This document shows, in pieces, positions 27,112 through 40,696 of a stretch of 64,000 nt of DNA. The DNA lies in the NCBI GenBank assembly GCA_964016885.1, contig OZ024760.1:2108001-2172000 (forward strand). Direction: 5' to 3'. Origin of the DNA: Eledone cirrhosa. Lineage: Eukaryota. Numbering within the stretch: the stretch's first letter is position 1; each line of letters opens with the position of its first letter. The translations under genes were made by a program, and so were the position numbers. The notes under the pieces were generated by a model. The model saw only the letters and a program-made list of their open reading frames with translations, was not told where the DNA came from and did no database searches.

Positions 27112-27246
27112 CTCAACTCTATGTTTGCTGAGAATTGGCCGAATTCCTTTTGGCACTGGCATTAGTGTTCCCCGGTCGGAATCCATTGCTTCCGGCATCT
27201 CCATTGGAGGAAGATCTTGTCCACTTAGGTCTCCAAACGGAGCAAG
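27112..27246 (-). CDS. OTOF: Otoferlin-like exon following a ~22 kb intron
   Basis: cag|CTT...GAG|gtgagt; 135 nt; LAPFGDLSGQDLPPMEMPEAMDSDRGTLMPVPKGIRPILSKHRVE. Confidence 0.93.
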
Positions 27247-27651
27247 CTGAAAAGGAGAACATTTTCAGGAGTTTTTAACAAAATACTTTAAATATATGAG
27301 AAGATGTGCTTAAGATTGAAAAATAATTTTGTTTTGATGTTTACATTTTTTATTGTTTAAGAATTTCAATACCAAACTGCCTGAAACTGGCCTGATTCTA
27401 CACTACAAACATTCTTTATATATGTGTACACATACATTTAATAATATGTAATTAAATATGTATATGATGCAATATTGATTATTTGTTCCTTAATTATTAT
27501 ATATATCTACTATAGGCACCCGTTTTACATGTGTTGTATTGAAGCGAATAACTATGTGTATTCTCTGGGAATGTATCTTACATTGCCCATGGAGTACGCT
27601 GAGATACAACTGGTCCTGGCATTGGTAAATATGCTGGGTCCGTCAACTCCT

Positions 27652-27688
<37 letters not shown>

Positions 27689-27875
27689 ATCAAAAGATAG
27701 TTAAATGAGTTCCATGTATTTTATTATGCGCATTTCAAAAACAAATATCATCATGCAATAATATTTGTGTTTTCATCAGATAAAATAGGAAGACATGATA
27801 TGAAGGTTAAAAAACACTTGTGGATAGTGCAGTTTTAAATCAACATATTATTGTACTACAATAAAACTCACCTCC

Positions 27876-27910
<35 letters not shown>

Positions 27911-28203
27911 GTAGGGTTACTGTGCAGTAAATGCATCCATAGGTGGTATGCCGGTTGAGCACTCGATGCTCGCGCAGAGCAGAGTATAATATTATAAAGA
28001 ACGAGGATTCAGTGTTGCATCATATCACATTTATTAACATATTACATATGTTTCTCTATCGATCAGCTCGATATAAATATATATATATATATTTATATAT
28101 ATATATATGTATGTATTTAAAAGGTAAACAGAAATAACAACACAATCAGTACAGTATATGGAAGGAATATATTAGGTTAACACTTGAAATAGCAGGAAGA
28201 GGG

Positions 28204-28239
28204 TCTTAACGTTTCGGACGCTAGTCCTTCATCAGAAGA
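28204..28239 (-). ncRNA. Minimal type I hammerhead ribozyme
   Basis: TCTT-CTGATGA-A-GGAC tagc GTCC-GAAACGTT-AAGA; loop-less palindromic stem III (ACGT), GUU triplet. Confidence 0.82.
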
Positions 28240-28497
28240 AAGAATGAGAAATAAAATAGATTGAATGGACAGGTGGAGTGGAATTGGAAAAAATGTCTTT
28301 AGATAAAAATAACAGGTCGTCCATTCATGTTGCCATCTGGAAAACTGTTGATACTGGCGTTTTGTGTATGATATATTTTTTTAGAAAAGTGGATATATAT
28401 TATATATATATATATATCTTATAAAAAAATAATGAAAACTATTGTGTAAAGTGATTAGGTGCTCTACAATATATATAATATATCATATTCATCTCTT

Positions 28498-28529
<32 letters not shown>

Positions 28530-29741
28530 ACCCATGCTAGCGTGGAAGAACGGACGTAAAACGGTGATGATGATGATATATATATATACAGATATATGTA
28601 TTATATAAAACATATGACAAACTTGCATACCCCTTCCTGGGTACTCAGTGTTTCCTTAAGCTAGCTGATGTTATTGAAGCTCTGTTTGTCAGTATTAAAA
28701 TTTTAAGCCCGTTTTTGCCTTCATTTAACCCTTTTGTTACCATATTTCTAAAGAAAAGACACCGACTATGATTTTCAAATAAACTTTTAGAATAATCAAT
28801 AATTCAAAAGGTTGTAGTAAAAATAACTAACTTTTTCATTATTGAGCTGGAATATAATGTAACACATGTTCTTGCATAAAATTATGATGTAAGGTTTTTA
28901 GATAAATAGAAACAGTTTTATACATGCAGTTTTATATCATAGAACCAGGGCTAGTTTCAGGCAGTTTCGTATCAAAAGGGTGACCTCTGGCCTCCAAATG
29001 CCTAACTACCAATGTAGTATACAAATGTGAGGTCACCCACACTATGCAGAGAAAAGCATACATAAGTATGATGGCTAACACCTTCAAATCCCTTAGTCAG
29101 CACCAAGGACTATTTATATATATTTTTTCAGGGTTTACAACAGAGTGAACGATGCTAAGGTACGGAAGGTCTCTTAGCTGAATCCTTTCTTACAAAAAAA
29201 TCTAACAGAAACAAAGAGTTTAGTAAAAAATAATGTCGTAGAAATATTTCTTAACCCTAAGTCAAATCTGATCAAGCATACTTATGATCAAAAGCATTCT
29301 AACCATGACCATCCTGATTTTTTGTATATAAAGGGTTATATTGTCTCGTGTATCTTTTCTAATAATATCATATTTGCTATGTAAAGGGTTGACACTAGGA
29401 AGGGGTTTCTTCTGTAAAAGATTGATTTGTAAACCGTTGCTTTAACAGAGACTATGACGTCAACCTTTCCTTTATCATATTACTAATTATATTCTTCTTC
29501 TTCTTCTTCTGTGGCTGCTGCTGGAAGGAGTGTTTGTGGACTCTGTCCCCACAACCCTTCCAAGAAGAAGAAGAAGAAGAAGACGACGACAACAACAACA
29601 AAGAAGATATGTGTTGTCGGTGAGAGGTTTTTTATGGGTTTATAACAAGTAAGTATGACAAGGGATTGTCTGTAAAAGTTGGGTGGAGTAAATACCACAA
29701 AGGATTTTTTTTTTGAAAGCAGTGTATGTATATATATATAT

Positions 29742-29867
29742 ATTTCTGAGGACGGCATGTATATGTGAAGGTATGTATATTTCCTCTGATAATTTGTAAT
29801 ATTTGTACATAGATCTATATGATATACATACCAATACACATATACATCCCAGAAACGATCGTAAAAT
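29742..29867 (+). ncRNA. Type I hammerhead with long stem II
   Basis: ATTT-CTGAGGA-CGGCATGTATATGTG...CACATATACATCCCA-GAAACGATCGTA-AAAT; palindromic stem III, GUA triplet. Confidence 0.78.
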
Positions 29868-30200
29868 GATGAATTTTTTAATATAAAGAACTTGTTCTTT
29901 GTGTTTATTTCATTGTTTTTATTAATTTATATATATATATATTATACTTTCTTTTCTACAGATAGTCACAGTTGGAATGTCTTTAATGATAGACTTGCTT
30001 GATCAGAGCTGACTTAGGTTACAACAACAACAATACCAACAGTAAAAACAACAACATTGACAACAATGTGTTTACAGAATTAAAGAACACATGAGCTCAT
30101 ATAAGAAAAGAGATGTGTAACTTTGTTAATAATTATAATTATCACTGGAAGCAAAATCAATTCCTGTATGGAAGAATGGTAAAAAAAGCAGGGAAGTGTA

Positions 30201-30239
<39 letters not shown>

Positions 30240-30267
30240 CATATATATATATATATATATATATAAA

Positions 30268-30304
<37 letters not shown>

Positions 30305-30524
30305 ATATATATACACACACATATATATATATAAATCATATATATATATATATATATGATATTAGTATTGGTACTCGGAAATAGCGATGTATACATGAAT
30401 GTATGTATAGTATATTTGACAATACACTGTATGTTTAATTAAAATCATTTGGAAGACCATTCGCTATGAGTTTTAAAGCAGTGACTATGTCACTTACTAA
30501 TTCTCGACAAAAACAAAGAAGAGT

Positions 30525-30567
30525 GATCAACAGTCCTGTTTCTCGCTCATTAGTGTTTATCAAGACC
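30525..30567 (-). ncRNA. Degenerate hammerhead motif
   Basis: GGTC-TTGATAA...GAAACAGGACTGTT-GATC; stem I extends as an imperfect rod over 30503-30591. Confidence 0.4.
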
Positions 30568-30658
30568 TCTTACTTCTTCGGTTCTGTCGAGAGTTTTAGA
30601 AGCTGGATTCTTATAGAATTCCAGTAATATTTAAGAGCAATACTAATACCTAATTATT

Positions 30659-30840
30659 TGTTTCTACTTTAGGCACAAGGCCAGCAATTACCCAGTTCAT
30701 TACTGGTACTTTATTTTATTGACCCCGTAAGGATGAAAGGCAAAGTCAACCTCGGCGGGATTTGAACTCAGATCGTAAAGGGACGTAACTATGCTGGAAA
30801 GCATGGCGTCCGACCCTCTACCGATACTGCCAATCCACCT
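30659..30840 (-). mobile_element. SINE with 17-bp target-site duplication
   Basis: ACTAATACCTAATTATT at 30642-30658 and 30841-30857. Confidence 0.85.
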
Positions 30841-30984
30841 ACTAATACCTAATTATTGCTGGACTGGCAACCATTCTGTTTAATCAGCTCTTAAATATTA
30901 CTGGAATTCTATAAGAATCCATAACAATATTTATTTCAACACATGATTTCATATAAAAAACTTTGCAAAACAAATTCATCGCCG

Positions 30985-31059
<75 letters not shown>

Positions 31060-31132
31060 TACTTATATATATATACATATATACATATATATATATATAT
31101 GTATATATGTATATATATATATATATATATAC

Positions 31133-31222
<90 letters not shown>

Positions 31223-31251
31223 TGGACTTTTCCGACGGAATTACTTCATAT

Positions 31252-31397
<146 letters not shown>

Positions 31398-31426
31398 TGG
31401 ACTTTTCCGACGGAATTACTTCATAT

Positions 31427-31636
<210 letters not shown>

Positions 31637-31665
31637 TGGACTTTTCCGACGGAATTACTTCATAT

Positions 31666-32053
<388 letters not shown>

Positions 32054-32088
32054 TATATAATAACTTGTGTGTTACACCTCTATTCTTT

Positions 32089-32134
<46 letters not shown>

Positions 32135-32587
32135 CAGTCATACTAAGTGGGCTATAATTAGCTTGCTATATTATACAATACATCAATACATAGGTAATTC
32201 TTGTATATTTAGTTCCAGTAAATACACATAATCTTGCCAGTTGTCATTAATGCAAGCTTACCATTCTTATGATTCTTTGTTATCAGTAAGCTAATTATGG
32301 CTCACCCTGTCCCTGTATATGTGTATATATATATATATACACACACACATATATAAATATATGTATATATATATATATATAGTATTAGGGATACTATTTA
32401 TGGTTATGTATATACTAAAACCTTTTATGGTTATATATTTTTTATACAAACCCCAAATAGTGAAAGACAGTAATTTATTACTATCTTATTACCAGTAAGA
32501 TAAATAGCTCAATGTAATAACATCGGTTGTTTTACAGAGCAGTTATATAGAGATTACAATAATCAAAGTTCAGTTTAAATCATTTAT

Positions 32588-32636
32588 TTGCTTACAATTG
32601 TTTCCCCCAAACCGAGGTTTGGATTCTTCGGAGCAA
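32588..32636 (-). ncRNA. Type I hammerhead, U4C variant (left arm of inverted repeat)
   Basis: TTGCT-CCGAAGA-ATCCAAACC tc GGTTTGGGG-GAAACAATTGTA-AGCAA then ATAAA. Confidence 0.7.
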
Positions 32637-32850
32637 CTATTTAGTGATCTATAACATACTTGACCTCCTTTTCAACACCCAATGTTTCATTTTTATTTTT
32701 ATTTTTATTTTATCCTTTAACCTTTATATGTAAATTGCCATGCTATATCATTATGATGGATGTCATCCCACTGTGGGTCAATATATGCATATGTTTTATA
32801 TGTCTCTTGTGTTGAAAAGGAGGTCAAGTATGTTATAGATCACTAAATAG

Positions 32851-32899
32851 TTGCTCCGAAGAATCCAAACCTCGGTTTGGAGGAAACAATTGTAAGCAA
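32851..32899 (+). ncRNA. Type I hammerhead, U4C variant (right arm of inverted repeat)
   Basis: TTGCT-CCGAAGA-ATCCAAACCTCGGTTTGGAG-GAAACAATTGTA-AGCAA, overlapping an AATAAA. Confidence 0.72.
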
Positions 32900-32930
32900 A
32901 TAAATGATTTAAACTGGACTTTGATTATTG

Positions 32931-33000
<70 letters not shown>

Positions 33001-33320
33001 CAAAGCAATTGTGGTAAGGAACCAGATGGACCATAACGCACCAGAGTACTCAATACTTAGGGTAGTAGAGTGGGTAATAGGAAAAAGTATGACCCCGACG
33101 GCAGAGCTCAAGCCGTTTCGACGGATATTTCTGGACTAGAAATAGCCATCGAAACAGCTTGAGCTCTGCCGTTGGGGTCATACTTTTCCTATATATATAT
33201 ATATATATATACATATATATATGTGTGTGTATATATATATGTATATTAGTTTCATGATATATATATACATATATATATATATACACACATATATATATAC
33301 ATATATACATATATACACAC

Positions 33321-33389
<69 letters not shown>

Positions 33390-33397
33390 CATGTGTG

Positions 33398-33428
<31 letters not shown>

Positions 33429-33720
33429 CATGAAACTAATACTAACATTTGTACTGCCTCCTTCGCTTCCACATTGTTTTTTTTTTTGTTTTTTGTTTAC
33501 TGTCTCAACTATATATATATATATATATATATATAACAAAGAAGGTGTGGTAAGATACAAGGTGGACCATAACACACCAGAGTACTCGATACTTAGGGTA
33601 GTAGAGTGGGTAATAGGAAAAGAGTCAGGACCCCAACGGCTGAGCTCCGGCTAGATCTGGACTGTTTAGATCTAGCTGTTGAAATGGCTGGAGCTCAGCT
33701 GTTGGGGTCTTGACTCTTTG

Positions 33721-33763
<43 letters not shown>

Positions 33764-35184
33764 TGCAAACATTGTAAGAGAAAAATGAGAAAATGCATAG
33801 AATCTTTGAAAAAAAGCACACACATACACCCACAACAATGTGATGAAATATTAAGAAGTGAATATGTATTGGGTCGTCAAGTATGAAATTTGTAGAAATT
33901 TGTTTTATTTCTACAAATTTCATACTTTATACTCAATATAATTCAGTGTGAGAAAAATATATAAATGGTGGAATTAAAATGAGAAATATGTTAAGTGAAT
34001 GATAAAAAATAATGATAGCAGTTGGTATAAGATGCAGTTGAAATAAAGGTAAGCATTTTTTGAATTTTTTTTAAAGTCTTTCTGGACTGTATTTCTAATT
34101 AAATATATATTATTTTATTTAATTTATTGAATAATTTTGATGGATTTACTAAAAAAAAATTAAGTTGGAAGATATAAATCTAAATAAGAACCCTGTATTT
34201 CAAGTAAGGAATGAAAAATTTTGAGGGATTTACTTAAATTATTAATTAATTACTAAGATTGTGAGGTTGTGAGTTCAATTCTCAGACCGGGTGATGTGTT
34301 GTTTCCTTGAGCAAGACACTTTATTTCACATTGCTCCAGTTTACTCAGCTGTAGAAATGAGATGATAGGACTGGGGTCCCTATCATTCCACTGCAAAGTG
34401 GTCGTGGAGGTGCCACGGGAAAAAGCACCCAGCACTCACTGTAAATGAGGTTGGTGTTAGGAAGGGCATCCAGCTGTAGAAATCAAGCCAGAATCAGTTC
34501 CCGTATGAGCAAGACAAGGTCAGTCGACCAGACACTGCCCACAACAGGACAACCTGCCTAACCCATGCTAGTGTGGAAGAACGGACGTAAAACGGTGATG
34601 ATGATGCTGATGATAGTAACTTAACATTTAATTCTTATATAATAATTGTTTCTACTTTTGGCACAAGGCCAGCAATTACTCCAGTGCATTACTGGTACTC
34701 CACTGATACTGCCAATCCACTGCCCTTATGATAGTAGTAATAACGGATTCTGATTTAGGCCAAAAGTTTTTGGGAGAGAGGCAAGTCGATTATATTGACC
34801 CCAGTGTATTACGACCTCGTAAGGATTAAAGGCAAAGTTAACCTCAGCAGGATTTGAACTCAGAACGTAAAAGGCCGTAACTCTATGCTCCAAAGCATGG
34901 CATTCGACCCTCTACCGATACTGCCAATCCACCGCCGTTTCTTATATGATTCTTATTTCAACTAACGAATGAAACATTTTGAGGAATTTACTTACATTAT
35001 TAATCAAGTCATTATTAAGATAGTAACTTAACATTTAATTATTATATAATAATATTACGTTGGAAGAGTTTAATTTAAGTAAGAACCCTTTAACCTTTAA
35101 CAGGCTAGAAATTTTTATGAATTACTTCCCTTGCATTATGTATTAAGGAGAGATTATTCCATCAGCACTTTATGTTGCATAGAG

Positions 35185-35386
35185 CAGGCATATCAAACAT
35201 GCGCCCTGTGGGCCACACGCAGCCCTTTACAAGCACACCTGCGGCTTGCAGAAAGGTTTTTACAGCGCGAGCCTGTTTTATCTTGGTAAAATTAGTTGTA
35301 ATGTGCGCAATTAGTTGTCATGTGTGGCCCTCAGACAACACATGTGACCAATGTGGCCCTTGGGGCACCCTAATTTGACATGCCTG
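35185..35386. mobile_element. hAT-type MITE
   Basis: TIR CAGGCATATCAAA / TTTGACATGCCTG with perfect 8-bp TSD GCATAGAG. Confidence 0.85.
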
Positions 35387-35871
35387 GCATAGAGCATGCT
35401 AAAGTTTAAAATATGTATCTTTATTTCATAGAACCAGAGCCAATTTTGGCTAGGTTGGTATCAAAAGGGTTAATGAAGAATTTTGAAGGATTTACTCAAT
35501 TTTGTTAATAATTGTATTTCATTAACACGATAGTAACTTATAACTTTAACTCTTTAGCATTTACATTACTCTATATTTACTATTGTATTTTCGCAGCAAA
35601 GGCTTTATCTCACATAATATCAAATCTATGAGATTTTGATATTATTCATGTTGAGGATAATACCTTAATATCAGTGGCTGGTTACCGCCAGTGTGAACAG
35701 AAAAAAGTGAGAGAATTCTGGCCGGACATAGCCAGTTTAAATGCTAAAGGATTAACAAAATGATCCTTATGTAAAATTAGGTTGGTATCAAACGTGTTAA
35801 GCCATTTTAGATTAAGCAGATCAAAGTTATAGTGTTCTGTTCTGTTCTGACTGTTATTCACTATAATAATG

Positions 35872-35913
<42 letters not shown>

Positions 35914-36919
35914 GTAATAATAATAATAATAATAAAGAATTCGAAGTTTGAAAGCCACGACAATGCAAAATTTACAAATAAACAAGTCGGACGAACAAGA
36001 TGTTATGTTTTTTTTAACTTAATTTAATTAAATGTCCTGATATTTTTAGATTAAGATCTCCTCTTCCGAGGACAATAAAAGAGACTAATCCAGTGTCTGA
36101 TGAAAACCACGCTATACCAGAAGAAGAGATCTTAATCTTGAAATATTAGGACATATAAATAAAATAAGATAAAAAAACACATAACATCATATTCATCTGA
36201 CTTGTTTATCCGTCCATTTTGCATTGTCATGGCTTTCAAAATTCGAATTCTTTATACCATATACAATGCTTCAAGTAAACTACAAATTCCTCCAATAATA
36301 ATAATGGTTTCTGATTCAGGCACAAGGCCAGCAATTGTTATTATTTTTTGGGGGGGGGGGGGGGCAATTAAACTGACCCCAGTGCAAAGCTAACCTCGGT
36401 CGTATTTAAACTCATTATGTTCTGAGTTCCAATGTCGCTGAGATTGGTAAAATAAAGTACCAGTAATGCACTGGGTTGATTTAATCAACTTTCGCCTCCC
36501 TCAAAAATGTTGGCCTTTTGCCATTATTCAACTTTTTCAAGTTTCACCTGGAAAAGAAGGTGAGGGTGAGTACATTTGCTAAAAGGTAGATGAATGTGGC
36601 GAGAATGGCCTGTGCGAGTGGGCCTACTCTGACCATGCGCCTGTAGGCTGGTTAATTTGAGGAGGAGAGGGGTGGCCTCCCTGGGTGCCATAGAAACATC
36701 GAGTGGTTCAGGATTGGTGGGGTACCTGAGTCACCCCTGGGTCCCTTCCCTCCTCCTATTAGGGAATTTATTTTGTTATGTTTATACATAGTTTATTTTA
36801 TATCTTCATTGTTCAATTGGTTTTGCTATTGTGCACTTTTACTAGAGCTTATTCTAAACCCCGCTGTCCCTGTCTTTGTATTGTACCTACATGTCAGCCC
36901 TTGTGGCCAATAAAGGAAA

Positions 36920-36951
<32 letters not shown>

Positions 36952-37111
36952 GTTATTATTATTATTATTATTGCTATTAGGATGTAATTTGCACCAAGAC
37001 CTAGGAGAAGGCACGTGTCTTTGGTGTGCCAGGTTTTTGTGTGGTGTTGCCCTGAATTTCTCTCCGTTATTCTCTTTTGACTAAAACAACTTCTTTCATT
37101 TAATATAAGAA

Positions 37112-37146
<35 letters not shown>

Positions 37147-37700
37147 TTATATATATATTTATATAGCAAAAAACAAAACAAAATCATGCTGGTATATAGC
37201 AACAGTAGTTTCCTAGTTTAAGCTCATTTTTTTTAGTTGTTGTATTTAAAAGGGAGCGGGAAGGGGTGAGGTTTGAATAAAGGTTTCAATTAACATTGCA
37301 TGAATTTTTTTTTATTATACCAACCTCATCTGATGGGGGAGTGTTCTGAAATTCAAAAAATGCAAAAAAATAAAAAATAAATAAAATTAAATTTATAAAA
37401 TCACATGATTTAAATTTCCCTTCAGTTTCTTATATATTGATCTCCAAAACAAATATACATTTAAATATATAAAAGACCCCTTTGGTCACAAATGATGATG
37501 GAATATACACCTAGAAAATTTCCCCTCTGAGCTCCAAGTCTGGGCAAGGTGTTTTTGTAGAAAACCAGTAGTGGCCCATGCATACTAGTTTCTTCTGTCC
37601 ATGCCACCAATGTTGTCCAAGACAAATACAGCTTGGCACTAGTGATGTCACAACTCATATATACACCAAATATATACAAATCTTATATACATAACATAAA

Positions 37701-37774
37701 TATTTCATCTGATGAGCATACTGGATGTTTCTGTTATGATCGTCTAGTATCCTGAAACCTTTGGTAATGGAATA
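37701..37774 (+). ncRNA. Type I hammerhead ribozyme
   Basis: TATTTCAT-CTGATGA-GCATACTGGATG...CGTCTAGTATCCT-GAAACC ttt GGTA-ATGGAATA; 8-bp stem I, GUA triplet. Confidence 0.8.
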
Positions 37775-37941
37775 ATGGAATAATTATATTGTGTTGTTTA
37801 TTATGTAATTAAATACTATATATATATATATAGTAATAATAATAAAATTGAAGACTAAAATCCAAAGAGGGCTCGATAAGGAAAATATATATCAAATATA
37901 TAAGAACCGTAGAGCAAATATTTATTAAAATAACAGATTAA

Positions 37942-37992
37942 AGTTTAGGCAAAGAATCGCTGCTTTCACCCTTAACGGGATCTTCTGAAACT
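37942..37992 (-). ncRNA. Hammerhead U4A variant with mutated triplet
   Basis: AGTTT-CAGAAGA-TCCC gttaa GGGT-GAAAGCAG...TTGCCT-AAACT. Confidence 0.55.
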
Positions 37993-38217
37993 AAAAAAAT
38001 CAATCTGTGAACGCAGAACTGGATATTTCAAAAAACCTTGCAAGTTCTTTGTAGAAATATTCAGATGTTGTTTCTGCATGATGAATATAAGTCAGTAGAG
38101 TGCTCAACCGAAGGAGCCAAATAGTAATAATAATAAAATTGAAGACTAAAATCCAAAGAGGGCTCGATAAGGAAAATATATATCAAATATATAAGAACCG
38201 TACAGATTGACTTTGTT

Positions 38218-38268
38218 AGTTTCAGAAGATCCCGTTAAGGGTGAAAGCAGCGATTCTTTGCTTAAACT
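38218..38268 (+). ncRNA. Hammerhead U4A variant
   Basis: AGTTT-CAGAAGA-TCCCGTTAAGGGT-GAAAGCAGCGATTCTTTGCTT-AAACT; stems I and III pair, CUU triplet. Confidence 0.65.
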
Positions 38269-38513
38269 TTAATCTGTTATTTTAATAAATATATATATAT
38301 ATGTATATTGTAAATAGTCAGGACCCCAATGGCTGAGCTCTTGCCATTTCAACAGCTATTTCCAGACTCAGTCTGGAACTAGCTGTTGAAATGGCAAGAG
38401 CTCCGCTGTCGGGGTCCTGACTCTTTATAATATAACCATACTCTACTACCCCAAGTATCAAGTACTCTGGTAAGTAATGGTCTAACCAGTTTCAAACTGA
38501 ATAAATCCTGATT

Positions 38514-38545
<32 letters not shown>

Positions 38546-39027
38546 TATATATACATATGTATATATATATACGTATATATACACACTATATATGATGTTA
38601 CCCAAGGGAAAGGCATAGGCCCACACAATTTGCCACCAGTGATGTCACAACTCATTTCTACAGCTGAGAGAACTGGAGCAACATGAAATAATGTGTCTTA
38701 CTCAAGGATACAACACATCATTTGGCCCGAGAATCAAACTCACAATCTCATGATTGTAAGCCCAACACTCTAGCCACTAAGTCACATACCTTCACACATT
38801 TAAATATATAAATTGATAAATTAACACCAAATAATTTCCTTGCAAGGATTCTTCTTTAAATAAAATATGTATTTCAGATGTTCTGAAGCATCCAAAAGAA
38901 TGGGTTCTGATTTAGGCACAAGGCCAGCAATTTTGGAGAAGGGAAACGTTGCTAAAATCGACTCCAGTGCATTACTGGTACTTTATTTTATCAACATTTT
39001 GTAGACATGCAAGAATGTGTGCCTACT

Positions 39028-39405
39028 CTGAGCCAGACCAGACCAAGCCAAATCAAATGGAGCCATGTTGAGCTAAACTCAATCAAGCCAAATTGAACTG
39101 CACCAAACTACATTGAACCAAGCTGAGCTGAGCTGAGCTAAGTTCTGCTGACCTGAGCCAAGCCAAACTGAGCTGAGCTAAGTTGAGCTGAGTTAAACTA
39201 CAATGAGCAGAGTTAATCTGAGCTGAGCCAAGCCAAGCTCTTCTTACTTAAGCCATGTTAAGCCATGCCAGGCTAAGCAAAGCCAAACCAATTCAAATTG
39301 ATCTAAACTAAACCAAGCGAAGCCAAGCTGAGCTAATCTGAGACAAATTGAGCCAAGCTAGGTTGAGTTGAGGCAGGTCAAATCAAGCAATGCTGAGCTA
39401 AACAA
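39028..39405. repeat. Degenerate pentamer satellite (GAGCT/AAGCC)
   Basis: AGCTGAGCTGAGCTAAGCCAAGCC periodicity. Confidence 0.8.
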
Positions 39406-40498
39406 AACATGTTTGCTTTCTTTTGTTATTGCATTAGCCTGAATACTTCAGTAAGGCAATGCAGAGATTTTTGTCAAGTTCATACTATATCTTGCCAGCA
39501 CAATATTCTAGTCCTGACTATGTTTGTCTCTATCAGTATTGTATTCTTAACCATACTTCCTATTTAAACCACTTTCTTAAAAAATTAGAGATAGTTTTAA
39601 CTCATTGATTTAGTCTGAGGTCTTGGGGAAGGGATTGCTATGATTTTTGTCAAGTTCATACATTTCTTCTTCACCAACTTATTTATTCCTGTGAAGATTA
39701 TTCTCAGACATGCCTTCCAGAAGGTTCCATCTGAAGCTCTTGCCTCTAATTGATCCAGCTGGATCCCCAAGCGAGACTAACCGAGCTCATCAATTCAATT
39801 TTCATGCCTACATTTACCTATGGTCATTAATCTTGAGTAATTACCAAAAGAATATGATCAAGAATACAAGGGCTTCTTCCAAAGTTTCCAAGGAGTACTG
39901 TTCCTTGAGAGAGTGTGTAGCTCACACATTTATTAATTTATATATTTTGAACAACCAGTTGATATATGAAACATTGAAATTTATAATGTAGTCATCCCAG
40001 CGTAAATGACTATAATAATAGCTAATAACTATAAATAATTGTTTCTACGTTAGGCACAAGGCCAGCAATTACCCAGTGTATTACTGGTACTTTATTTTAT
40101 CGACCCCGTAAGGATGAAAGGCAAAGTTAACCTCAGCGGGATTTGAACTCAGAATGGCAAGGGCCGTAACTCTATGCTAATAACTATAAATAATATTTGA
40201 GAAAATTGGATAAAGTATCCCTGGATGTGGAAAAAAGTGGACAGACATGCCAGGTTTTTCAGGCTTAATTGAAAAATATAATTTTTTAAAGTGGCAAGGG
40301 GTCAGTTGTTAGTTGTTATTTCCAGCAGGTTGAATGGGGGCTCCCTCATAGGCTAGCTGTGGTATATATATATATATTCATTCTTTTTTCTTCAAGGTTT
40401 CTGACTAAATGAACTCGTGCTTTTTCTCAAAAAAACTTTTTTCCGTTCCTTTTTCTTCTCATTCTCTACCTTTCTATTTCATCTTTTATTCCTCATTT

Positions 40499-40539
40499 GT
40501 CTTCTGATGAAGGACTAGTGTCTGAAACAACATAAAGAC
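40499..40539 (+). ncRNA. Hammerhead, same family as 28204-28239, with altered stem III
   Basis: GTCTT-CTGATGA-AGGACTAGTGTCT-GAAACAACATA-AAGAC; downstream flank similar to reverse complement of 28110-28200. Confidence 0.68.
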
Positions 40540-40696
40540 TCTTTTCCTACTATATCAAACATTAAACTAATATATTTCTTCATTATACTACGTTTGCTGC
40601 TTACTTCCTTCTGTTTACTTTTCTCAAATATGTGTATACATATATATATAAAATAAAATAAATAAGTCAAATATTTAAAATTTGGCTTTGTTTAAT

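Larger units (their letters stand above)
37831..38292 (-). mobile_element. Hammerhead-bearing element: inverted segment plus permuted ~291-bp unit
   Basis: 37831-37910 repeated at 38122-38202; 37918-38009 inverted at 38202-38292; family copies at ~55180-55395, 62080-62130, 62430-62530 and 63489-63580. Confidence 0.72.

Noticed and set aside
36094-36153. CTGATGA...GAAATATT inside the 35939-36250 inverted repeat
   Set aside because: Stems I and II do not pair convincingly. At most a decayed hammerhead, so not called.
37326-37355. CTGATGG...GAAATTC hammerhead-like words
   Set aside because: Core mismatch and no stem I or stem III pairing.
39028-39405. Resemblance to immunoglobulin switch-region GAGCT repeats
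   Set aside because: Short degenerate pentamer satellite in an invertebrate-type intron with no Ig context.
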